Source: Candidatus Peribacteria bacterium (GTDB lineage Bacteria > Patescibacteriota > Gracilibacteria > Peribacterales > Peribacteraceae). Taken from it: a DNA stretch of 38,337 nt. Positions 18,297-27,336 of the stretch are shown here, one piece after another. Where the stretch lies: contig JBEPVF010000014.1 of assembly GCA_041691135.1 (NCBI GenBank), positions 1 through 38,337 of the forward strand, in the 5' to 3' direction. Position numbers and translations under genes: made by a program. The notes beneath the pieces are model-generated. The model was not told where the DNA came from. It saw only the letters and a list, made by a program, of their open reading frames with translations, and did no database searches. How positions within the stretch are numbered: the stretch's first letter is position 1; each line of letters begins with the position of its first letter.

Positions 18297-18722
18297 ATGT
18301 TAGAACCCAAGAAGCTCAAACACCGGAAGCAACATCGCAATCGCGGTGCCTTCAGTGGTAAGGCATGGCGTGGTGCTGAACTGGCATTCGGATCGATCGG
18401 TCTGAAGGCCGAAAATGGTGGTGAACTGACAGCGCGCCAGATCGAAGCGGCTCGTCGTGCCATGACGCATAGCGTACAACGTGGCGGCAAGATCTGGATC
18501 CGCGTGTTCCCGCACAACCCGGTGACCAGGAAAGCAGCCGAGGTACCGATGGGTTCCGGAAAGGGATCGGTGGAATACTATGCCCTTATCGTGCGTCCGG
18601 GATTGATATTGTTCGAAATGGATGGTCTGAGTCACGAGGCCGCCCGCAAGGCCCTCACGCTCGCCGCACACAAGTTGCCGTTCAAGACGAAAATTGTTTC
18701 TGCCCGTCACCTCGCCGCCTAA
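18297..18722 (+). CDS. rplP: 50S ribosomal protein L16
   Basis: [32 protein letters not shown] and MGSGKG. Confidence 0.98.
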   Translation: MLEPKKLKHRKQHRNRGAFSGKAWRGAELAFGSIGLKAENGGELTARQIEAARRAMTHSVQRGGKIWIRVFPHNPVTRKAAEVPMGSGKGSVEYYALIVRPGLILFEMDGLSHEAARKALTLAAHKLPFKTKIVSARHLAA

Positions 18723-18724
18723 TC

Positions 18725-19015
18725 ATGCATGCCACTCTCACTGCCACCGAGCTTCGCAACATGACGGTCGCCGACTTGCACCGCGAGATTGCCGATCACA
18801 TGGCTGCGCTGGGAAAGACCAAGATTGCCGTGCGCTTGAATAAGGAGAAGGACACGGCCAAGGTCAAAAAGACGCGCCAGCTCCTGGCACGGGCCAAGAC
18901 TATTCTGGCCGAGAAACTTATGAACGCAGAGGTCGCCAGCCCGAAGAAAGAGGTCAAAGAGACGTTGAAGAAGTCACCGAAGACCAGTACAGTTCGTGCC
19001 CCCAAGAAATCATGA
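18725..19015 (+). CDS. rpmC: 50S ribosomal protein L29 with C-terminal extension
   Basis: ELRNMT..DL and R..LARAKTILAEK; position between rplP and rpsQ. Confidence 0.9.
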   Translation: MHATLTATELRNMTVADLHREIADHMAALGKTKIAVRLNKEKDTAKVKKTRQLLARAKTILAEKLMNAEVASPKKEVKETLKKSPKTSTVRAPKKS

Positions 19016-19338
19016 GAACCAAGAAAGGGATCATCACATCGGCGAAGATGACAGGCACCGTGACGGTGACCGTCCATCGTTCTGAATTCCATCAGTTGTA
19101 CAAGAAGCGTTTCCGCGTCAGCAAGAAATTCCTGGCCGATAGCGCCGGTATGGATCTGGGCATCGGCGATTCGGTCGTTATTACCGAGTGTCGTCCGATC
19201 AGCAAGAACAAGCATTTCCGTGTCACCGAAATTCTCAAGTCCGCACCGCGCGTGAGTGAGCTCAAGGAAGAGGCGGGTTTGGATGAAGCGCTTGGTAAAA
19301 CTAGCAAAGAAAAATCCGCTGACTCCCCTCAATCATGA
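19012..19338 (+). CDS. rpsQ: 30S ribosomal protein S17
   Basis: G...S.KM..T.TV, H.LYKK and GD.V.I.ECRPISK.K. Confidence 0.97.
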   Translation: MRTKKGIITSAKMTGTVTVTVHRSEFHQLYKKRFRVSKKFLADSAGMDLGIGDSVVITECRPISKNKHFRVTEILKSAPRVSELKEEAGLDEALGKTSKEKSADSPQS

Positions 19339-19703
19339 TCCAGACTCAATCCATCCTCGACGTGGCTGATAATACGGGTGCCAAGATAGTCATGTGCATC
19401 CGCGTGCTCGGTGGCACGCGACGCCGCTACGCCCGCGTGGGTGATGTGATCGTCGTGGCTGTCAAAGAGGCCGCACCGCGCGGAACGGTGAAGAAGAAAG
19501 CAGTGGAGCGCGCCGTCATCGTCCGTTCGCGCGCCGTTACCCGTCGCAAAGACGGATCGGGCATCCGCTTCGACGACAACGCCTGTGTCATCATCCAGAA
19601 AGACGGCTTGCCCAAGGGCACCCGTGTCTTCGGTCCCGTTGCCCGCGAACTGCGCGCCAAGGGATACCAGAAAATTATCTCCCAAGCTCCTGACGTTCTG
19701 TAA
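19335..19703 (+). CDS. rplN: 50S ribosomal protein L14
   Basis: [21 protein letters not shown] and [13 protein letters not shown]. Confidence 0.98.
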   Translation: MIQTQSILDVADNTGAKIVMCIRVLGGTRRRYARVGDVIVVAVKEAAPRGTVKKKAVERAVIVRSRAVTRRKDGSGIRFDDNACVIIQKDGLPKGTRVFGPVARELRAKGYQKIISQAPDVL

Positions 19704-19705
19704 TC

Positions 19706-20263
19706 ATGCGTATTCATACGGGCGACACCGTCCTCGTCATCGCCGGCAAAGATAAAGGGAAGACCGGCACCATCATGCGCGTGCTGGACGACCAGAACCG
19801 CGTGATCGTCACGGGGATCAACATGCGTACCAAGCACGTGAAGAAGACCTACCAGCAGGCCGGTCAGAAACTTCACTACGAAGCCAGCATCCATGCCAGC
19901 AATGTCATGATTCTGGATCCGAAGACCAAGAAGCCGGCGCGCATCGGATTTAAAATGACCGAGAAGGGCAAGAAGCGCATCTCCAAAATCAGTGGCGAAG
20001 AGGTCGTCCGTGTCAAACCGGCCAAGACTCCCAAGAAAGAGACGGCCAAGAAGACCGACGAGAGCAAAGCGACCAAGGAGACATCTGCTGAACAGAAATC
20101 AGCGCCAGCCGGTGGCAAAGGCAAGCAGCCGTTCTGGAAAAAGATGGCCTTCGGCGCCGAGGCGATGGAGGGAGCGGAGGTCGATGAAGGCTCACGTATG
20201 ACGCAAGATCATTCCATTCCCGATGAACAAAAGCACGTCCGCAAGGGCGCTCGCGGTTCCTAA
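19706..20263 (+). CDS. rplX: 50S ribosomal protein L24 with long C-terminal extension
   Basis: KOW motif GDTVLVIAGKDKGKTG and EASIHASNV. Confidence 0.97.
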   Translation: MRIHTGDTVLVIAGKDKGKTGTIMRVLDDQNRVIVTGINMRTKHVKKTYQQAGQKLHYEASIHASNVMILDPKTKKPARIGFKMTEKGKKRISKISGEEVVRVKPAKTPKKETAKKTDESKATKETSAEQKSAPAGGKGKQPFWKKMAFGAEAMEGAEVDEGSRMTQDHSIPDEQKHVRKGARGS

Positions 20264-20274
20264 CTCCTGCTACT

Positions 20275-20886
20275 GTGGCTTACGCAACTCTCCATGATCG
20301 GCTCCGAGGTCCCATCGCTCAGAACTTGAAGAAAGGTCTGAAGATCGAGAATACCTTCGCACTTCCGCGCATCGATAAAGTGCTCGTCAACGTTGGTATC
20401 AATAAATCCAAGATGGACAGCAAGGATATGCATGAGTACGTTGCCGATACGTTGGGCAAGATCACCGGTCAAAAGCCGGTCTTCACCATCGCTCGCAAGG
20501 CAATCTCGAACTTCAAGACACGCGAAGGCATCGTTGTCGGCTGCAAAGTGACCCTCCGCGGTCAGCGTGCCGAAGCGTTCCTCGACCGTCTGATCAGTTA
20601 CGTTTTGCCGCGCATCCGCGATTTCCGTGGTCTTTCTTCCAAAATGGATGGCAACGGCAACTACGCAATCGGCCTGCGCGATCACACGATTTTCCCCGAA
20701 GTCCCTCCTGCCGAAGCCGGCAAAATCTTTGGCATGCAGATCCAGATCACGATGAAGGGCGGCAGCGACGAAGCGTCCCGTGCCCTGTTGCGCGAGATGG
20801 GAATGCCCTTCATTCGCAGCAAGAAAGATGCAAAGTCGATTGATCAGACCGCCGCTGTCGGCAATACTCCTCCCTCCGAATCCTAA
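20275..20886 (+). CDS. rplE: 50S ribosomal protein L5
   Basis: PRIDK...N.G, ITGQKP, FKTREG...GCKVTLRG, LPRIRDFRG and DGNGNY. Confidence 0.98.
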   Translation: MAYATLHDRLRGPIAQNLKKGLKIENTFALPRIDKVLVNVGINKSKMDSKDMHEYVADTLGKITGQKPVFTIARKAISNFKTREGIVVGCKVTLRGQRAEAFLDRLISYVLPRIRDFRGLSSKMDGNGNYAIGLRDHTIFPEVPPAEAGKIFGMQIQITMKGGSDEASRALLREMGMPFIRSKKDAKSIDQTAAVGNTPPSES

Positions 20887-20901
20887 TCTTCCTTTTTTAC
20901 C

Positions 20902-21126
20902 ATGGCTCGTCTCGCCCTTAAATTGAAGCAACAACGTGGCATGAACCGCTACATGCGCGACAAGCGTGCCGGTGACAAGACGCCGTTCCCAACGCGCGTC
21001 TACAACCGATGCGGTCTGTGCGGTCGTCGCCATGGTTACATGCGTTTCTTCGGTATCTGCCGCATCTGCTTCCGCGAACTTGCCACCAATGGCGAGATTC
21101 CGGGCATCACCAAATCCTCCTGGTAA
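20902..21126 (+). CDS. rpsN: 30S ribosomal protein S14, zinc-binding (C+) type
   Basis: [25 protein letters not shown]; 74 aa. Confidence 0.97.
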   Translation: MARLALKLKQQRGMNRYMRDKRAGDKTPFPTRVYNRCGLCGRRHGYMRFFGICRICFRELATNGEIPGITKSSW

Positions 21127-21127
21127 C

Positions 21128-21517
21128 ATGACCTACGTTAACGACCCTATCGGCGATCTTCTCACTCGCATGCGCAATGCGCAGCACGCACGTCGAAAGT
21201 CGTGCCGTGCCCCACACTCGAACATCAAGGTGGAGTTGTGCCAATTGCTCAAGCGCGAGGGATGGATCGAAGACATCGAAATCGTGGGTGAAGCACCGAA
21301 GCAGGAAATCGAAGTCACCTTTTCCAAAGAGAAGCCGGTCCTCAGTATCCGCCGCGTGAGTACGCCGGGACGCCGCTACTACACTGGCGCCCAGGAGATC
21401 AAGAAAGTGGAGAACGGTTTCGGCATCGCCGTCATCACGACCAGCCAGGGCCTTATGACCGATCGCGAAGCACGCAAAAAGCATATCGGTGGCGAAATTC
21501 TCTGTACCATCTCCTAA
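21128..21517 (+). CDS. rpsH: 30S ribosomal protein S8
   Basis: DPIGDLLTRMRNA, RVSTPGRR.Y, TSQGLMTD.EAR and GGEILC. True ATG at 21128. Confidence 0.97.
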   Translation: MTYVNDPIGDLLTRMRNAQHARRKSCRAPHSNIKVELCQLLKREGWIEDIEIVGEAPKQEIEVTFSKEKPVLSIRRVSTPGRRYYTGAQEIKKVENGFGIAVITTSQGLMTDREARKKHIGGEILCTIS

Positions 21518-21519
21518 TC

Positions 21520-22071
21520 ATGTCTCGAATTGGTAACAAACCAGTGGCTATTCCCTCCGGCGTCACTATCGACGTAAAGGGTTCCGATATTACCGTCAAA
21601 GGACCCAAGGGTGAGATGAAGATTGTCATCCTTCCCGAAGTCTCGGTGAAGATCGAAGACAACCAGGTGATCGTCTCGCGCCGCGATGACGAAGATGCGT
21701 CGCGCGCCCGACACGGTCTGACGCGCATGCTTATCAACAACATGGCTGTCGGCGTCTCCAGTGGTTTCCAGAAGACCCTCGAGATCATCGGCGTCGGTTA
21801 CAAGGCGCAGATCAAAGGCAAGACGCTCGTGCTCAGCCTGGGTCACTCGCATCCGATCAACGTCGAAATCCCCGATGGCATCGAGATCGCACAAGACGAG
21901 AAGAACAAGAACATTTTGTTCATCCGTGGCATCGACAAGCAACTCGTCGGTCAGATTGCCGCCGAGATCCGCTCGCTCCGACCACCCGAGCCGTACAAGG
22001 GCAAAGGTGTTCGCTACTCCGATGAGCATGTCCGTCGCAAGGCCGGTAAAGCTGCCACCAAGGGCGCATAA
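21520..22071 (+). CDS. rplF: 50S ribosomal protein L6
   Basis: MSRIG.KP, VKGPKG, GVGYKA and RPPEPYKGKGVRY. Confidence 0.98.
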   Translation: MSRIGNKPVAIPSGVTIDVKGSDITVKGPKGEMKIVILPEVSVKIEDNQVIVSRRDDEDASRARHGLTRMLINNMAVGVSSGFQKTLEIIGVGYKAQIKGKTLVLSLGHSHPINVEIPDGIEIAQDEKNKNILFIRGIDKQLVGQIAAEIRSLRPPEPYKGKGVRYSDEHVRRKAGKAATKGA

Positions 22072-22083
22072 CCATTCTCCTCC

Positions 22084-22428
22084 ATGACCAACTCCAAGAC
22101 CCACCTCCGGCAAGCCAGACAGCGTCGCATCCGTGCCAAAGTGCGCGGATCGGCTGCACGTCCGCGTCTCTCCGTCTTCCGCTCACTCAAGCGCATGACC
22201 GTTCAGCTGATCGATGACGATGCCGGCAAGACGGTTGCTGCGGCTTCCACATCCGAAGTGAAAACGAAGCTGACCAAAGAAGGTGCCAAGAAGCTCGGTG
22301 AACTCATCGCCGGCAAGGCCAAGAGCGCCGGTGTTACCACCATTGTCTTCGATCGCGGCGGTTACAAGTATCACGGCCGCGTGAAGGAACTGGCCGATGC
22401 GGCTCGTGCCGGCGGCTTACAATTCTGA
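22084..22428 (+). CDS. rplR: 50S ribosomal protein L18
   Basis: [14 protein letters not shown] and [25 protein letters not shown]. Confidence 0.98.
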   Translation: MTNSKTHLRQARQRRIRAKVRGSAARPRLSVFRSLKRMTVQLIDDDAGKTVAAASTSEVKTKLTKEGAKKLGELIAGKAKSAGVTTIVFDRGGYKYHGRVKELADAARAGGLQF

Positions 22429-22434
22429 TCTCTC

Positions 22435-22457
22435 AAGACGCCATAGCATGGCGTCTT
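22435..22457. repeat. perfect 10-bp inverted repeat (REP-like palindrome) AAGACGCCAT-AGC-ATGGCGTCTT
   Basis: Seen directly between rplR and rpsE; its core resembles the palindromes at 27012 and 38217. Confidence 0.7.
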
Positions 22458-22488
22458 TATTACCACTCTTCTCTCTACAATCTCTCCC

Positions 22489-23118
22489 ATGACAGCCAAG
22501 ACGTCCCAACCCGATCGCCGACGCCGCAATGACCGCGGTGATCGTCCGCCAAGCGAATTCGCCGAGGCGACTCTGAGCGTCGACCGTGTGACACGCGTGG
22601 TGAAGGGAGGCCGTCGTATGCGTTTCCGCGCCATCGTGGTGGTGGGCAATCGCAAAGGCAAAGTGGGACTCGGCACCGGCAAAGCGTCCGAAGTACAAGC
22701 AGCCGTGAAGAAAGCTTCTGCAGCCGCCAAGCGCGCCATGATCCGTATTCCGCTTATCAACGGAACGATCCCGCATCAGGTTGAACTCAAATTCAAAGCT
22801 GCACGCATCCGTATCCTGCCGGCCACGCCGGGCACCGGAATTATCGCCGGCGGCGCGCTCCGCACGATCCTCGATCATGCCGGAGTGAAAGATGTCCTGA
22901 GTAAGCGTTACGGCAGCCGCAACAAACTCGTCAACGCACAGGCGACGATTTTCGCTCTTCAAAAACTGAAAGGTACGGGCAAGGTGGAAGAAGCAGTCAA
23001 GAAGCCTGCCGATGGAACGGAAGCCGAAGGCAGCGAGGGCGTGAAGGTGCAGGAAATCTCGCGTGCTGATGTTGATAAGAAGTATACGAAGAAGGGCGAC
23101 ATTACGGGACAGGAATAA
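22489..23118 (+). CDS. rpsE: 30S ribosomal protein S5
   Basis: RVTRVVKGGRR.RF.A.VVVG, GTIPH and PA.PGTGIIAGG. Confidence 0.98.
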   Translation: MTAKTSQPDRRRRNDRGDRPPSEFAEATLSVDRVTRVVKGGRRMRFRAIVVVGNRKGKVGLGTGKASEVQAAVKKASAAAKRAMIRIPLINGTIPHQVELKFKAARIRILPATPGTGIIAGGALRTILDHAGVKDVLSKRYGSRNKLVNAQATIFALQKLKGTGKVEEAVKKPADGTEAEGSEGVKVQEISRADVDKKYTKKGDITGQE

Positions 23119-23169
23119 GAAGCACAGTAAATGCTGCGTCCGCAAAGAAGATTTTGCTATGATTTTCCT

Positions 23170-23688
23170 ATGTCCAAACTTGCTTTGCTCATCATTGCCC
23201 AGGAAGGTTTCCAAGATATCGAATTGAACGGCACGCGCACGGGGCTGGAAGAAGCAGGATTTACAGTCGAATTGGCTAGTAAAAGTCGCGGCTTGTGCGT
23301 CGGTAAATATGAAGCCGAGGAACAGGCAACCGTTGCCATCGCGGATGTCGATGTGTCGCGGTACGACCGCATTGGATTTATCGGCGGACCGGGAGCACAT
23401 GCGCTTAAGGATGATCCGCAGGCCCACCGCATCGCGCGCGAAACGCTGGCAGTCGGCAAAATTTTGGGGGCTATTTGCATCGCCCCGACCATTCTGGCCG
23501 AAGCGGGTGTTCTTAAGGGAAAGCGGGCAACCGTGTGGAATCAGGGCGGGGAAGAGGGGATCTTCCTGATCGAGCGCGGGGCGGACTATACGGGCGAATC
23601 CGTGACAGTGGATGGGCACATTGTGACAGCCGACGGGCCGGAGAGCGCGGAGGAGTTCGGACAGGTTTTTGCTGCGACAAAGGCGTAG
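23170..23688 (+). CDS. DJ-1/PfpI family protein
   Basis: GFQDIE, YD...FIGG.GA, nucleophile elbow AICIAP, GVLKGKRAT and VDG.IVTADGP. ATG at 23170 lies 6 nt after TGcTATGAT. Confidence 0.93.
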   Translation: MSKLALLIIAQEGFQDIELNGTRTGLEEAGFTVELASKSRGLCVGKYEAEEQATVAIADVDVSRYDRIGFIGGPGAHALKDDPQAHRIARETLAVGKILGAICIAPTILAEAGVLKGKRATVWNQGGEEGIFLIERGADYTGESVTVDGHIVTADGPESAEEFGQVFAATKA

Positions 23689-23734
23689 AAATTCCCTTTA
23701 CCATTGCTTTTTTCCCCTTTACCATAGCGCTCCA

Positions 23735-24181
23735 ATGCTTCACACCCTCAAGCCAGCACCGGGTTCTCGTTTCAAGCGCAAGCGCGTCGCTCGCGGCAAC
23801 AGTGCCGGTGGTGGTACGACTGCGGGAAAAGGAACAAAAGGCCAGGACGCTCGTTCCGGCAAGGGAAAGCGCAACCCGGGATTCGAAGGAGGCCAGGTGC
23901 CATTGGTCCGTCGTCAGCCAAAACTGGGTGGTTTCACGCGTCCGCGCCGTGTCACCTACGAGCCGCTTAATTTGGATACGCTGGAAAAACTGCTCGATGC
24001 CGGCAGTTACGATGTAAATGCCCTGCGTGTGAAAAAAATCATCCGCTCCAAGAATCCAGTGAAGCTTCTGTCACGCGGTTCCATCACCAAGAAATTCGAT
24101 CTCACTGTCAACGCTGCCAGCAAGTCAGCCAAGGAAGCGATGAAGAAGGCAGGTGGGACGCTGACCATTGTGAAGCAGTAG
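23735..24181 (+). CDS. rplO: 50S ribosomal protein L15
   Basis: LKPAPGS...RKRV.RG...G.G.T.GKG.KGQ.ARSG and GFEGGQ.PL.RR.PK. ATG at 23735. Confidence 0.97.
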   Translation: MLHTLKPAPGSRFKRKRVARGNSAGGGTTAGKGTKGQDARSGKGKRNPGFEGGQVPLVRRQPKLGGFTRPRRVTYEPLNLDTLEKLLDAGSYDVNALRVKKIIRSKNPVKLLSRGSITKKFDLTVNAASKSAKEAMKKAGGTLTIVKQ

Positions 24182-24327
24182 TGTTTCGAGACGCCTTTTG
24201 CCGTGTGGTTATGTATGCCATCTGAGAGCTACGGGCTCCTTAGTAATACACGTGTTGAATGTTTTGTATGTGCGTATCATTTCCCTTTGACCTGTACCGG
24301 TAAACCTATAACAATAGCCTCCGCTCT

Positions 24328-25611
24328 ATGCTCACGTACCTTCAGCAGATTTGGCGCTCGGAAGATCTTCGCAAGAGGATCATCTTCACATTGGCACTCC
24401 TCATTCTGTATCGCCTTGTGGCGCACATCCCGGTGCCTGGCTCCGATCCAGTCGCTCTGCGTCAGTTCTTGTCACAACGTGGCAACACCGGCGCGCTTGG
24501 TATCTTCGCGGCCCTCACCGGCGGCGCGCTCAAGAACTTCTCGGTGATGCTGCTCGGACTGTCGCCGTACATCAATGCGTCGATCATCATCCAACTCTGC
24601 ACGGTCATCTTCCCCAAGCTCGAAGCGCTCAGCAAAGAAGGTGCTCAGGGTCAGCAGGAGATTAACCGCTACACGCGTTGGGTATCGTTCCCTCTCGCAT
24701 TTTTCCAGAGCTACGGATTCCTCGTTCTGCTCAGTCAGAGTCAGATCCGCATTGTCGATACCGCCTTCCCATACGTGCTGGCTCCGATGTTGTTCGTCAC
24801 AACCGGTTCGCTTTTCCTGATGTGGCTGGGTGAACTGATTACCGAGAAAGGAATTGGCAATGGTACGTCGCTTATTATCTTCACCGGTATCGTCGCTGAC
24901 ATCCCGCAGACGATCAGTTCATTGTTCCTGGCCGGTCAGGACAAAGTTGCGGCATTCTATTTGTTCGCCATCGTTTCGGTTGCCATGCTCGTGGCGGTCG
25001 TGCTGTTCACGGATGCACACCGTCTGATTCCGCTCACCTACGCTAACCAGGGCGCCGGCCGCGGAGTGCAGGGTAACATTCCGGTTCGTCTGAATCAGGC
25101 CGGCATGGTGCCGATCATCTTCGCCATCTCCCTGATCACCTTCCCGGGGATCATTGCGCAGTTCTTGTCGACGGCGAAGCGTCCATCGATTCAATCATTG
25201 GTAAATTTTATCAAGACGTACATGACATCGCAGAATCCAAGTTGGTTCTACATTGCCGTCTACTTCATTCTCGTCATGGCCTTCACTTTCTTCTACGTGT
25301 CGGTCACCTTCAAACCCGACGAGTTGGCCGAGAGCATCCAGAAGCGCGGCGGCTTCATTCCCGGCGTGCGTCCCGGCGGGCAAACTGCCGTTCTCCTTAA
25401 GCAAATCAGTAACCGCCTGAACCTGTGGGGCGGGATGTTCCTAGGTATGGTCGCCATCATTCCGCTGCTCTTCACCAAGTTCAGCACGCTCAGTTCACAG
25501 GATCTCATTATCTCCGGCTCGGGACTGATCATCATCGTCGGTGTGGTGATGGAACTCATTCGGCAAGTAAACGCTCAGCTGCTCGCACACGACTACGAGA
25601 AGCTCGTTTAA
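24328..25611 (+). CDS. secY: preprotein translocase subunit SecY
   Basis: HIPVPG, LGLSPYINASII.QL, MWLGELITEKGIGNG.SLIIF, AGMVPIIFA and GGFIPGVRPG. Confidence 0.98.
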   Translation: MLTYLQQIWRSEDLRKRIIFTLALLILYRLVAHIPVPGSDPVALRQFLSQRGNTGALGIFAALTGGALKNFSVMLLGLSPYINASIIIQLCTVIFPKLEALSKEGAQGQQEINRYTRWVSFPLAFFQSYGFLVLLSQSQIRIVDTAFPYVLAPMLFVTTGSLFLMWLGELITEKGIGNGTSLIIFTGIVADIPQTISSLFLAGQDKVAAFYLFAIVSVAMLVAVVLFTDAHRLIPLTYANQGAGRGVQGNIPVRLNQAGMVPIIFAISLITFPGIIAQFLSTAKRPSIQSLVNFIKTYMTSQNPSWFYIAVYFILVMAFTFFYVSVTFKPDELAESIQKRGGFIPGVRPGGQTAVLLKQISNRLNLWGGMFLGMVAIIPLLFTKFSTLSSQDLIISGSGLIIIVGVVMELIRQVNAQLLAHDYEKLV

Positions 25612-25628
25612 TTTCCAACACCCCTCAC

Positions 25629-26435
25629 ATGCGTACCCAGGCGATCGCTCTGCTCATGGCCGTCTGCGGCATCGTCGTGATTTACTTTTTGGCGCAGCGT
25701 TTCATTCATCCGCCGGGAAGCATTTCCCGGCCGTTTCAAACGTTAAGCGGCAGCACAGTCAGTTCACTGCCGGGTGCATTTGCCGACATTGCCAGCGATG
25801 CTTCGTCTGAGACATCGACGGAACAGGAGTCATCGGCTGCTCCTTCCACATTACTCAGTGATGTATCTGCCCAGTTTGGACAAATGAATCTGCCCTCCGG
25901 TGCAAAATACAAATCTGAGGCGACATATATCTTTGAGCCGCCTGCTACCGAAACATCGTGGCCTGCATTGATGGTGCGAGTCGATGGCACCCTTACCTTT
26001 CAAGGCAAAGAAATAACAGTTCATGGTTTTTTCGAACCTTCCAGCAATGTAACGGCCGATCAATTGCAATCGCTCTTCCCCGGAGCGAAACGCATGGAAG
26101 CCAATACGGATTTCGGCATGGGAAGCGAATTGGATTTGTTCCAGAATCCTACGACCGATGTCGACCCGTTCACGACACAGCAGGGTCTGCAGGGGCGAAA
26201 GTTCATCATGGATTGGGGCAGCGGCATCTCGTCTGATATCGCGTCGTATCTTTTGCCTCAAGTACCGTTGCAGCAGTTCAACCGGGTGCTCATCGATTTC
26301 GTCGACGTCTGGCCGGGTACGGATTTGCCTTCCACGCTCAACACCAAGTTCATCAATGATCTGACGGCGTCTAACGATACGCATGCCCAGCCGTACAGCA
26401 TGCTCGATCAGCTCATACAGTCTCTCCAATTTTAA
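25629..26435 (+). CDS. hypothetical membrane-anchored or exported protein
   Basis: Likely ATG at 25629 (MRTQAIALLMAVCGIVVIYFLA), followed by a Ser/Thr-rich linker and an acidic globular region; fills the secY-adk gap. Confidence 0.75.
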   Translation: MRTQAIALLMAVCGIVVIYFLAQRFIHPPGSISRPFQTLSGSTVSSLPGAFADIASDASSETSTEQESSAAPSTLLSDVSAQFGQMNLPSGAKYKSEATYIFEPPATETSWPALMVRVDGTLTFQGKEITVHGFFEPSSNVTADQLQSLFPGAKRMEANTDFGMGSELDLFQNPTTDVDPFTTQQGLQGRKFIMDWGSGISSDIASYLLPQVPLQQFNRVLIDFVDVWPGTDLPSTLNTKFINDLTASNDTHAQPYSMLDQLIQSLQF

Positions 26436-26449
26436 TTCTTCTTTATCGT

Positions 26450-27013
26450 ATGGATCTCATCTTCTTCGGTATTCAAGGCTCGGGCAAAGGTACGCAGGCC
26501 AAAAAATTAGCAGCCGAATTTGGCTACGATATTTTTGAAGCCGGCGGCGAATTGCGCAAAATCGCGGCGTCCGGTTCGGAGCTTGGCAATCTGGTGAAGA
26601 CCTATGTCGATGCCGGCAATCTGGTGCCGCACGAGATCATCATGCAAGTCGTGAAGGAAGCCATCCTCAGTCGCCCCAAAGATCAGAAGATTCTGTTCGA
26701 TGGCATTCCGCGCGATACGAATCAGATGAAGGATTTCGATGACATCATGCAAAGTGCCGTGCGGGATTTCGTCGTCATCTATTTTGATCTTGATCGCCAG
26801 ACGGCGATTGAGCGGCTCAAAGGCCGGGCATCGATCGAAGGGCGTGCCGACGATGCCGATGAGCAGGCGGTTCTCCGTCGCTTCCAGATTTTTGAGGAAA
26901 AGACGAAGCCGGTGTTTGATGAGTATAAGAAGCAGGGGAAAGTGAAAGCAGAGATCAAGGCTGATAGATCGGTGGAGGAAATTTATGAGGAGTTGAAGAA
27001 GGTTGTTTCGTAG
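26450..27013 (+). CDS. adk: adenylate kinase (short form lacking the LID domain)
   Basis: P-loop GIQGSGKGTQA, G.LVP, FDGIPR and GRADD; lies after secY. Confidence 0.93.
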   Translation: MDLIFFGIQGSGKGTQAKKLAAEFGYDIFEAGGELRKIAASGSELGNLVKTYVDAGNLVPHEIIMQVVKEAILSRPKDQKILFDGIPRDTNQMKDFDDIMQSAVRDFVVIYFDLDRQTAIERLKGRASIEGRADDADEQAVLRRFQIFEEKTKPVFDEYKKQGKVKAEIKADRSVEEIYEELKKVVS

Positions 27014-27032
27014 AGCGCCATGCCTTGGCGCG
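27012..27032 (+). repeat. dispersed palindromic repeat, copy 1 (AGAGCGCCATGCCTTGGCGCG)
   Basis: 20 of 21 nt identical to 38217-38237; forms a GCGCCA/TGGCGC hairpin; GTAG at 27010-27013 overlaps its start. Confidence 0.75.
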
Positions 27033-27077
27033 ATTCTAAGATGTTTGCCTGCACCAACTTCTCCAGTCACCAGTGGT

Positions 27078-27114
27078 GTTCTTTTTCTTGTCTCCCCGCG
27101 ACAAGAAAAAGAAC
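27078..27114. repeat. perfect 15-bp inverted repeat GTTCTTTTTCTTGTC-N7-GACAAGAAAAAGAAC
   Basis: Seen directly in the adk-map intergenic region. Confidence 0.8.
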
Positions 27115-27301
27115 CAAAAAGAAACGCACCGCTTATCCCCACCACATAGGCGGAGGGGGTCATTGTCTGGAATAGCGAGCAGGCGAAGAGGTTGGGCGGC
27201 TTAGGGCCGCCTGGGAGTAGCGGGCAAGAAAGTTTGAGAGAGGAAAGAATGTCACTCCCCTGAATCCCTTGAATCCCCTCACCTCGGCTGGAATACAAGA
27301 A

Positions 27302-27329
27302 TTGCCTTCAGCAGTCGAACGCGTACACT
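27302..27329 (+). promoter_or_regulatory. map promoter TTGCCT-16-TACACT, 7 nt before the ATG (leaderless)
   Basis: -35 at 27302-27307, -10 at 27324-27329, ATG at 27337. Confidence 0.6.
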
Positions 27330-27336
27330 TTGTGCA

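Noticed and set aside
22417-23619. 400-aa antisense ORF, and similar ones at 20260..21129, 14519..15217, 30729..31418 and 34787..35650
   Set aside because: Antisense shadows of conserved genes with GC3-biased codons; no recognisable motifs.
24182-24327. Possible ncRNA between rplO and secY
   Set aside because: Only a weak GAGC/GCTC hairpin; no SRP, tmRNA, RNase P or riboswitch motif recognised. A promoter-like TTGACC explains part of the gap.
26507-27298. 263-aa minus-strand ORF across adk and the adk-map spacer, considered as a possible transposase
   Set aside because: Mostly antisense to adk, with no HUH/Y1 or DDE motif.
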